DNA from: Anaerolineales bacterium
GTDB taxonomy: Bacteria > Chloroflexota > Anaerolineae > UBA1429
Reading direction: 5' to 3'
DNA: 44,343 nt
Assembly (NCBI GenBank): GCA_039680625.1
Contig: JBDKSN010000024.1
Coordinates: forward strand, 1-44,343
Shown here: one piece after another, positions 37,157 through 44,343 of the stretch
How positions within the stretch are numbered: position 1 is the stretch's first letter
Layout: every line of letters begins with the position of its first letter
Made by a program: the position numbers and the translations under genes
Notes under the pieces: generated by a model
The model's database searches: none
What the model saw: only the letters and a program-made list of their open reading frames with translations
Told to the model about the DNA's origin: nothing

Positions 37157-37903
37157 ATGAACACGAGCGACGCCGACTTGCCGCTGACGCACGCGCCGCG
37201 GATACTCGTCATCGAAGACGAGCCGGCGTTGCTCGACACGCTCAGCTATAGCCTCAACCGGCAGGGCTACCAGGTACTCACGGCCACCGATGGGCGGCAA
37301 GGCCTGGCGCTGGCCCAGAGCGAGCATCCCGACCTGCTCATCCTCGACCTGCTCTTGCCGGGCATAGATGGCCTGGAAGTGTGCCGCACGCTGCGGCAGA
37401 CCGACGATCTGCCGATCATCATGCTCACTGCACTGGCCGACGAGATCGACAAGGTCGTCGGCCTCGAGGTCGGCGCCGACGACTATCTCACCAAGCCCTT
37501 TAGTATGCGCGAGCTGCTCGCCCGCGTGCGTGCCCAGCTGCGGCGGGCGCGGCTCGTCGAAGAGCGCGCAGCGGCGGCCATTGCCAAGCCACCACGCGCC
37601 AGCCACCGCCTGCTGTTTGGCGACCTGGTCATCGACGAAGACCGTCACGAGGCGACGCGCGCCGGTCAGCCGCTCGACCTAAAGCCCAAGGAGTACGAGC
37701 TGCTGCTCTTCTTGGCGCGCCATCGAGGCATCGTGGTTTCGCGCGACCTGATCCTCGAACAGGTGTGGGACTGGAGCTATACCGGCGGCAGCCGCACCGT
37801 AGATGTGCACATCCGCTGGTTGCGCGAAAAGATCGAGGACGACCCCTCGCACCCAACCCGTATCGTCACGGTGCGTGGCGTCGGCTATCGCTTTGAGGGC
37901 TAG
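37157..37903 (+). CDS. OmpR/PhoB family response regulator (PhoP-like)
   Basis: [47 protein letters not shown]; phoU nearby. Confidence 0.92.
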   Translation: MNTSDADLPLTHAPRILVIEDEPALLDTLSYSLNRQGYQVLTATDGRQGLALAQSEHPDLLILDLLLPGIDGLEVCRTLRQTDDLPIIMLTALADEIDKVVGLEVGADDYLTKPFSMRELLARVRAQLRRARLVEERAAAAIAKPPRASHRLLFGDLVIDEDRHEATRAGQPLDLKPKEYELLLFLARHRGIVVSRDLILEQVWDWSYTGGSRTVDVHIRWLREKIEDDPSHPTRIVTVRGVGYRFEG

Positions 37904-37912
37904 GAGGTAGCC

Positions 37913-39709
37913 GTGCACATGCAGCATGTCCGCTGGCGCATCGCGATCCCCTACATCGTGCTGGTCTGCCTGGTGGTGCTCACCCTCGCTCTGATCACGG
38001 GGCAGCTGCTGCGGCAGAGTGCCCTGGCACAAGAGAAAGAAGAGCTCTTGCTCCAGGCGAGCGTCTTGGCGCGCGATGTGCGGGAGCCGCTCGCCGAGGG
38101 CGATGTGGCGACGTTGGGCAGCCTGGCCGCTGAGTATGCTGAGATCCTCGGCGCACGCCTCACGATCGTGGCCGCCGATGGGCGCGTGCTGGCCGACACG
38201 CAGAACACGCCGCTCACGATGCAGAACCATCTCTATCGACCCGAGATCCAGCAGGCGCAGGCCACGGGCCAGGGCACGGCCGTGCGCAACAGCGACACGC
38301 TCGATGTCGCCATGATCTATGCCGCTGTGCGCGTCGATGCGCCCCCGAGCCAGTCCGCCGATGGATCGAGTGCGGGCCAGGCCCTGGGCTATGTGCGCGT
38401 GGCCGTGCCCGAGCGTGACCTCTCGGAGCAGCTGGGCGAGCTGCGCCGCACGCTGGTCACTGTTGCCGTCGTCGCCGCACTCTTTGCCCTGGCCCTCGCG
38501 GTGGTCATCGCCGAGAGCACCTCGCGGCCCATCCGGCGCCTCTCGGCCTACGTGCGGCGGCTGGCCCAGGGCGAGCTCGATCAGCCGGTGTTGCCCACCT
38601 CCACCGACGAGGTCGGCCAGCTCACCGCCGACACCATGGAGATGGCACGGCGCCTGCGCGACACGATCGCGAGCCTCAACGCCGAGCGCGCTCAGCTCTC
38701 GGCTGTGCTCGACCAGATGGCCGATGCCGTGCTCCTCACCGATCGAGAGGGTGCGGTGATCCTGCTCAACCCGGCGGCCCAGACGCTGTTGCACACCAGC
38801 CAAGAGGCTAGCCTGGGGCGTTCGTTCACCCAGGTGGTGCGCCAGCACGAGCTCAGCGCTGTCTGGAGCGCCGCGAGAGACGCGCACGAGCAGCGTGCCG
38901 AGGTCGTCGATCTCGGCGAGCAGCTGTGGCAGGTGATCGTGCGCCCACTCGATGCCGTCGAACCGGGCGCCTGTCTGGTGCTCTTGCAGGACCTCACGCC
39001 TCTTCGCCGCTTTGAGGGCCTGCGCCGCGAGTTTGTGAGCAACATCTCGCACGAGCTGCGCACACCCCTGGCCAGCTTGCGCGCCCTGGCCGACACCCTG
39101 CACGACAGCGCGCTGGACGACCGGCCGGCTGCCGAGCGCTTTCTCGGCCGCATGGATGACGAGATCGACGCCCTGACGCAGATGGTCGAAGAGTTGCTCG
39201 AGCTATCGCGCATCGAGTCGGGCCGGGTGCCGATCCGCCTCGAACGCATCGCTGTGGCCGCTTTTGTGGAGCCGGCCGTCGAGCGACTGCGGCCGCAGGC
39301 CGAGCGAGCGCAACTCAATGTGCAGCTCGACCTGCCCGCCACCCTGCCCGCGGTGTTGGGCGATGAGCAACGGCTCCAGCAGGTGGTCACCAACCTGGTG
39401 CACAACGCGATCAAGTTCACCCCCGCTGGCGGCGCGATTCGAGTGACTGCGCGCACGGAGGGCGATCAGGTGGTCGTCTCGGTGAGCGACACGGGTATCG
39501 GCATCCCCGCCGAGGCGCAGGCGCGGATTTTCGAGCGCTTTTACAAGGCCGATCGTTCGCGCTCGAGTGGCGGCACCGGGCTAGGCCTGGCCATCGCCAA
39601 GCACATCGTCCTCGCCCACGGCGGGCGCATCTGGGTCGAGAGCGTCGAGGGCCAGGGGAGTCGCTTCTCGTTCACCGTGCAGGCCGCCCCTCGTTCCAAA
39701 GCGGTTTGA
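37913..39709 (+). CDS. phoR: PhoR-like sensor histidine kinase (extracellular domain, HAMP, PAS, HisKA, HATPase)
   Basis: MQNHLYRPEI (PhoR-like), ISHELRTPL, NAIKF, RIFERFYKADRSRS, GTGLGLAI. Confidence 0.85.
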   Translation: MHMQHVRWRIAIPYIVLVCLVVLTLALITGQLLRQSALAQEKEELLLQASVLARDVREPLAEGDVATLGSLAAEYAEILGARLTIVAADGRVLADTQNTPLTMQNHLYRPEIQQAQATGQGTAVRNSDTLDVAMIYAAVRVDAPPSQSADGSSAGQALGYVRVAVPERDLSEQLGELRRTLVTVAVVAALFALALAVVIAESTSRPIRRLSAYVRRLAQGELDQPVLPTSTDEVGQLTADTMEMARRLRDTIASLNAERAQLSAVLDQMADAVLLTDREGAVILLNPAAQTLLHTSQEASLGRSFTQVVRQHELSAVWSAARDAHEQRAEVVDLGEQLWQVIVRPLDAVEPGACLVLLQDLTPLRRFEGLRREFVSNISHELRTPLASLRALADTLHDSALDDRPAAERFLGRMDDEIDALTQMVEELLELSRIESGRVPIRLERIAVAAFVEPAVERLRPQAERAQLNVQLDLPATLPAVLGDEQRLQQVVTNLVHNAIKFTPAGGAIRVTARTEGDQVVVSVSDTGIGIPAEAQARIFERFYKADRSRSSGGTGLGLAIAKHIVLAHGGRIWVESVEGQGSRFSFTVQAAPRSKAV

Positions 39710-39760
39710 CATCGCCTTAACCCACTGTCGCTGGCGCTGTTAACATCACGGCGCTATCAT
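39706..39760 (+). promoter_or_regulatory. Candidate Pho boxes and -10 element upstream of HD-phoU
   Basis: TTGACA (39706), TTAACC (39717), TTAACA (39740), then TATCAT (39755). Confidence 0.5.
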
Positions 39761-39815
39761 CACCCATAGCAGGGCCGGTCTGCCGATGTAGCCGACCGCC
39801 TGAAGGAGAGTGCTC

Positions 39816-40586
39816 ATGCTCCGCGTACCCACACGACACAATACGCGCCTGCAGACGCTGATGGACGCCGTCAACGCCGACGCCGAACTGGCGCAGCTCT
39901 ACAAGTGCGCTAACACCAACGCCGTCGATCGTGGGGGGATGAACGACCATGGTGAGGTGCACATCCAGATCGTCGCCAACGCGGCCTTGCGCCTGTTGCG
40001 GCTTCTGCTCGATGCGGGCATCAAGCCCAATATCGTGACCAACTATGGCCTCGAGACGGCCGACGCCGAGGTGGTCGTGGTGCTGGCGGCGTGTCTGCAC
40101 GACATCGGCATCGCCATCCACCGGCATGATCATGAGCAGCACAGCCTCACGCTTGCCTATCCCAAGGCCAGGCAGTTGCTCACGCCGCTGTATGCTGAGC
40201 CGACGCTGACGATCCTCACCTCTGAGGTGCTGCATTGCATCTCGGCGCACCGCTCGGATGTGGGCTGCCTGACGATCGAGGCCGGCATCGTCAAAGTGGC
40301 CGATGCGCTCGATATGACCGAGGGGCGCTCGCGCATCCCCTTCGAGGCGGGCCAGGTGAACATCCACTCGGTGTCAGCCATGGCTATCAAGTCCGTCGCG
40401 ATCGAAAAGGGCGAGGAACGCCCTGTGCGCATCGACGTGCTCCTCGATAGCACCGCCGGCGTGTTTCAGGTGGACGAGCTGTTGCGGCGCAAGCTGCAGA
40501 ACTCGACGCTCGCGCCGCTGGTCGAAGTGGTGGCGCGCCTGCAACGCGTCGACGGCCCGCAAGTGCTTCAAGTCTATCGCCTATAG
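39816..40586 (+). CDS. HD-domain metal-dependent phosphohydrolase
   Basis: NDHG.VH, LHDIG, H.QHS, SAH, ADALD; AAGGAG RBS. Confidence 0.85.
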   Translation: MLRVPTRHNTRLQTLMDAVNADAELAQLYKCANTNAVDRGGMNDHGEVHIQIVANAALRLLRLLLDAGIKPNIVTNYGLETADAEVVVVLAACLHDIGIAIHRHDHEQHSLTLAYPKARQLLTPLYAEPTLTILTSEVLHCISAHRSDVGCLTIEAGIVKVADALDMTEGRSRIPFEAGQVNIHSVSAMAIKSVAIEKGEERPVRIDVLLDSTAGVFQVDELLRRKLQNSTLAPLVEVVARLQRVDGPQVLQVYRL

Positions 40587-40621
40587 GGCTGGGCATTCAC
40601 TCATTACCAGGGGGTAGGACG

Positions 40622-41314
40622 ATGCTTCGCAAAGGGCTAGAGAGAGATCTGCAACGGATGCAGGATGAAGTGGTGCTTCTGGCGAGCATGGTCAAGCGCG
40701 CCATCCACGACGCTGTGGTGGCCCTGCAGCATCAAGACCTGGCCGCGGCCGAGCGCATCATGGACGCCGACCAAGAGATCAACCGCAAGCGATTCGATAC
40801 CGAGTCTGAGGTGCTCGTCTTGATCGCCAGGCAACAGCCCATGGCGGGCGACCTGCGCATCCTGGCGGCGGTGCTCGAGATCGTCACCGAGCTAGAGCGC
40901 ATGGGTGACTATGCCAAAGGCATCGCCAAGATCACCCTGCTCATGGGCCACGAGCCGCCGATCAAGCCACTGGTAGATATTCCGCGCATGGCCGACCTGG
41001 CCCTGGGCATGCTCGACCGCGCAATCGATGCCTTCTTGCGACGCGACGTGGCGCTCGCTCGCTCGATCCCTACAGAAGATGACCTCGTCGACGATCTCTA
41101 TAACCAGGTGAACCGTGAGCTGCTGGCGCTGATCTTGGCCAACCCACGCAACATGGAACAGGCCAACTATCTCACCTGGGCGGCGCACAATCTCGAACGC
41201 GCTGCCGACCGCGTAACCAACATCTGCGAGCGCGTGGTCTTTATGGTGACGGGCGAGATGAATGAGCTGGATCAGCCCCCCGCGGAGGGCGAGGAGAAGC
41301 CACAGCAACTCTGA
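40622..41314 (+). CDS. phoU: Phosphate signalling/uptake regulator PhoU
   Basis: ARQQPMAGDLR, ELERMGDYA, NLERAADRVTNICE. Confidence 0.95.
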   Translation: MLRKGLERDLQRMQDEVVLLASMVKRAIHDAVVALQHQDLAAAERIMDADQEINRKRFDTESEVLVLIARQQPMAGDLRILAAVLEIVTELERMGDYAKGIAKITLLMGHEPPIKPLVDIPRMADLALGMLDRAIDAFLRRDVALARSIPTEDDLVDDLYNQVNRELLALILANPRNMEQANYLTWAAHNLERAADRVTNICERVVFMVTGEMNELDQPPAEGEEKPQQL

Positions 41315-41371
41315 GCGGCATGACTGCGTATCGAGAGCAGACCGATGGAAGCGAGCGCAGGAGGCCGAACG

Positions 41372-41770
41372 ATGGGGGATAGCAAGCGCAGCGCCGAGGA
41401 GTGGCGTGCTCTGTTCAATCAGATGGGCGATCAAGTGCGGCGCGATGCGGCGCGCACAGTCGGTGCCCCCGAGGACGCCGACTGGAAGGCCATCGGCCGC
41501 AAGACCGATGACGCTGCCCGCCGCAAGGCTGCCAAGGCTGTAGGCATGGCCGAGGACGCAGGGTGGGACGAGATCGGTCAGGCGATCGAGCGCTCGTCGC
41601 GCAGCGGCATCGCCCGCATCGTGGGCGCGACGCCCGATGCCGACTGGTCGGCGATCGGCCAGCGGGTCGAGACCAAGGTCGACGCCTTTCTCAAACGGGT
41701 GTTCGCCCCGCCCAAGCAACAGGGGGCGTCAGCGGACGAAAGCGATGAGGTGGTCGACCCCTGGGCCTGA
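41372..41770 (+). CDS. Small hypothetical protein with 27-aa Trp-anchored tandem repeats
   Basis: AGGAGG RBS; internal repeats A..VG...DA.W..IG; followed by a stem-loop. Confidence 0.75.
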   Translation: MGDSKRSAEEWRALFNQMGDQVRRDAARTVGAPEDADWKAIGRKTDDAARRKAAKAVGMAEDAGWDEIGQAIERSSRSGIARIVGATPDADWSAIGQRVETKVDAFLKRVFAPPKQQGASADESDEVVDPWA

Positions 41771-41790
41771 CCCATCACCGGCTAGAACGG

Positions 41791-41818
41791 CCAGCCGCGA
41801 GTGCGTACTCGCGGCTGG
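41791..41818. terminator. Stem-loop between convergent genes
   Basis: CCAGCCGCGAGT-GCGT-ACTCGCGGCTGG, perfect 12 bp stem. Confidence 0.7.
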
Positions 41819-41847
41819 ATTCTCCATCTTGCATTCCCAGAGGGGCG

Positions 41848-42627
41848 TCAGCGCAACAAGCCGTCCAGGTAACCCGCGGCATAGAGCGCCTCGCTCTGCA
41901 GATCCGGGCCCCAGTTGCACTCGATAGAGACTGCGCCCTGATAGTCGATGGCCAACAGCTCATCGAATAGCTCGCTGAGCGGATAATGTCCATACCCTGG
42001 ATAGCGGCGCTCTTCGCCACTGAGGTGCACATGCACGAGCCAGTCGCCGACCTCGCGCAGCACCTCGAAAGGCTCGTGCTCCTCAACCATGTGATAGATG
42101 TCGGCCAACACGCGCACGCCCGGCCGGCCCACATCTCGCGCGAGGCGCAATGCCTCGCCGACGCGGTTGATGATGTTCGACTCGGGGCGCCGCAGCCCCT
42201 CGACGGCGAACACGACGCCGCGCTGCTCACCCTCGTTGGCGGCTAGGGTCAGCACGCGCACCAGCTGATCCCAAGCCTGCGTGCGCGCAAAGCCCTCGGG
42301 CACGTGCCGTGCACCACCACTGCCAAAGACCAGCACCTTGGCGCCCAGATCGGCGGCGCGGTTCACCACGCGATGCAGATAGAGCGCGACCACATCCCAA
42401 TCCACCTGGTCGCCGGTGAGCCTGAGCTGCGCCGGAAACAGCACGTTGAAGGCGCGCACGGGGAGCGGGCTAGCCGCCAATGCGGCCCGATTCGGCTCAT
42501 AGGCCGCGTCATCTTCCAGCCCGCAGAGCATCCGCGCCCCAGGAGGCTCAATAAAGTCATAGAAGGGCTGCAACCGTGCCACATTGTCCGGCGTGGCACT
42601 CACACCCAGCTTGAATGGTCTTGGCAT
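41848..42627 (-). CDS. Sugar phosphate isomerase/epimerase family (xylose isomerase-like TIM barrel)
   Basis: VFGSGGAR, VE.L...E, DIYHM, HVHL, SIEC metal-binding motifs. Confidence 0.88.
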   Translation of the reverse strand: MPRPFKLGVSATPDNVARLQPFYDFIEPPGARMLCGLEDDAAYEPNRAALAASPLPVRAFNVLFPAQLRLTGDQVDWDVVALYLHRVVNRAADLGAKVLVFGSGGARHVPEGFARTQAWDQLVRVLTLAANEGEQRGVVFAVEGLRRPESNIINRVGEALRLARDVGRPGVRVLADIYHMVEEHEPFEVLREVGDWLVHVHLSGEERRYPGYGHYPLSELFDELLAIDYQGAVSIECNWGPDLQSEALYAAGYLDGLLR

Positions 42628-42654
42628 TGTCCGTGGCTCCTTTCGCTGCCCAAC

Positions 42655-43677
42655 TCAGACGGTCACCCACTGTCGGTCGCGCCCAGAGCGCAGCGCAGCC
42701 TGCACATTCATCACCTGTAGCAGGTGCAGGATATTCATCCGCCCGACCGGCGCGCCCGCCAGCAGTACCTCGCAGAAATAGCGCAGAGCGCCCAAATAGC
42801 CGGCCTCTTCCAGGGCCGACGCGCCGGCGCGCACGCCCGCCGTTTGTTGCGTCCACCCGCCAGTGGCGCCGCTCTCTTGGGCGAGATGGAGGCCGTCTTC
42901 CACACGCCACAGGCGGTCTGCCGTGCGCACAGTCAGCGCCTCGGTGGCCGCTGCCCCGGCGGGGCGCACCGAGAGCTGCAGCTGGCCCACTAGCCCCGTA
43001 GCGTAGCCAAGCGTCATGGCGAGGCCTTGCTTGTCGCTGTGCCACAGCCACTGCACCGAGTTGGCCTCGCCAAAGAGGTCGGTGAGCAACGCAATGGGGT
43101 GGGGGAGCAGGCCGAGCAGATCCGTGCCCAGGTCGAGGGGCGCTGCGCTCGCCGCGCTGGGCAAGGCGCACCAGAGCGAGTAGGTCGTCGGCTTGAGCTT
43201 GGCCCCTTCCAGCGCCGCCTTGAGCGCGCCATAGCCGGGCATGAACGGCCGACGATAGCCGGCCATGAGGTAGGCGCGCCCCCTGAGGGCCGCGTCGGTG
43301 TATTGCTTGCTGACCTGCGAGGCGAGGCCGGCCGCCGGAGCATCGATCCAGGCGTGAACGCCGCCGGCTAGTGCGGCCGCGGCGACGTCGACATAGGGCA
43401 CGGTGCCGTCGGCTGCGAGCGGCAGAGAGACGATGACGGCGCGCAGGTGCTCTTTTTCGAGCAACGTCTCATGATCGGGGTAAAAGCGCTGTGCGCCGCA
43501 CTGCTTGGCCACCTGCATGCCCCGACGCCGGTCGGGGTCGGCCACAGCCACGAGGTCGATGGGCAGGTACCGCAGGCAGGGCACGATATAGTGCGCCGAA
43601 TGGTCACCCGCACCGATGAGCGCCACCGGCAAGCGCTCGGGATAGTCATAGCTAAAGCGATAGTCTGCGCTGACCAT
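42655..43677 (-). CDS. Divergent Gfo/Idh/MocA family protein
   Basis: VALIGAGDH Rossmann motif, LVAVADPD, GYRRPF; canonical EKP is replaced by DAP. Confidence 0.72.
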   Translation of the reverse strand: MVSADYRFSYDYPERLPVALIGAGDHSAHYIVPCLRYLPIDLVAVADPDRRRGMQVAKQCGAQRFYPDHETLLEKEHLRAVIVSLPLAADGTVPYVDVAAAALAGGVHAWIDAPAAGLASQVSKQYTDAALRGRAYLMAGYRRPFMPGYGALKAALEGAKLKPTTYSLWCALPSAASAAPLDLGTDLLGLLPHPIALLTDLFGEANSVQWLWHSDKQGLAMTLGYATGLVGQLQLSVRPAGAAATEALTVRTADRLWRVEDGLHLAQESGATGGWTQQTAGVRAGASALEEAGYLGALRYFCEVLLAGAPVGRMNILHLLQVMNVQAALRSGRDRQWVTV

Positions 43678-43692
43678 GGCGGCCTCCCTCGC

Positions 43693-44343
43693 TCAGTTCT
43701 GCGCCTGCCCCGTCCGGCCAAGCAGCGTGGCGATGCCAAAACCCGCCGCCAGCACGAGCGGCAACACCCACATCGGCTCCGTCAGCGTGCCGGTCGGCCG
43801 CAGCGCATAGATCGAGCCCAAGATAAGGCCCAACACGCCATAGTAGGCCACGGCCGGCGAGCGTTGGATAAAGAGCTCGATGGACTTGGCAAAGGTCACC
43901 ATGCCCAAGACCACGGCCACCGCCGTCGTCAACAAGGGCAGCCACTCGATCTGCAAGTGCGTCAGCGCGCGGAACGCCTCGAGGATGGGTTGGTAGACAC
44001 CGCCGACGATGAGCACTGTCGAGCCATCCATCCCCGGCGTCACGCTGGCCCCTCCGCCCAAGAAGCTGATGAGCAAGTTGTAGCCCAGGCCAGCGGGCCG
44101 CTTGAGGTCCTGAATGGTCAGGCGTGCGCCATTGGCCACACGTGTCTCCAGCGACTTGACCAAGACGACCAGTGCGATGCCCACCAACGCGGCGGCTACG
44201 CGGCCGAGCGTGGGGCGCATGTCGCCATGGAGCCGCAATACGGAGGGGATGGTGCCCAGCAACAGCCCCATAAAGAACACACTGGTGGCCGTGGGGAACC
44301 GTTCGAGAAAGCCGACGATGACCACCGCCGCGACCAACATGCC
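43693..44343 (-). CDS. DUF368 family membrane protein (5' end outside window)
   Basis: FFMGLLLGTIP, PGMDGSTVLIVGGVY, GLILGSI motifs of DUF368. Confidence 0.75.
   Translation of the reverse strand, partial: GMLVAAVVIVGFLERFPTATSVFFMGLLLGTIPSVLRLHGDMRPTLGRVAAALVGIALVVLVKSLETRVANGARLTIQDLKRPAGLGYNLLISFLGGGASVTPGMDGSTVLIVGGVYQPILEAFRALTHLQIEWLPLLTTAVAVVLGMVTFAKSIELFIQRSPAVAYYGVLGLILGSIYALRPTGTLTEPMWVLPLVLAAGFGIATLLGRTGQAQN

Noticed and set aside
36494-39456. Long minus-strand ORFs (384, 474 and 254 aa) opposite sixA/phoP/phoR; similar ones at 15353-16480 and 34968-36119
   Set aside because: Antisense shadows of well-supported genes, expected in high-GC DNA; no recognisable motifs.
1-44343. CRISPR arrays, tRNA/rRNA, integrases, transposases, defence systems
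   Set aside because: None recognisable; intergenic gaps are short and nearly all long ORFs have other assignments.

Overview
GC-rich bacterial window. The gene content and protein styles (Tat/lipoprotein sugar-binding protein with a VEKVV-type linker, PBP1C next to an Ig-domain lipoprotein, DUF2723 protein, convergent hybrid kinase/HTH-receiver pair) suggest Chloroflexota, probably Anaerolineae; this is an inference. I see about 36 CDSs and no rRNA, tRNA, CRISPR array, integrase or transposase. The flanks are housekeeping or ordinary accessory genes: pbpC, a prenyl synthase and fni on the left; a MATE pump, P-type ATPase, murI, NUDIX, AKR, GH51, pgi-sixA-phoP-phoR-HD-phoU and DUF368 on the right. 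The standout is a ~14 kb block (5029-19010) bounded by a 28-30 bp imperfect direct repeat and sitting between the divergent fni and MATE promoters. It encodes an unusual two-component pair with a phased GTCA repeat array, a CUT1 ABC importer, and a five-gene flavoenzyme cluster. In that cluster, four ~300 aa paralogous split-barrel flavin-reductase-like proteins share an extra C-terminal helical domain. They fall into two subtypes arranged as translationally coupled mirror pairs (B-A, then A-B) around a ~1050 aa double-FAD-domain oxidoreductase. I do not recognise this as a described pathway.
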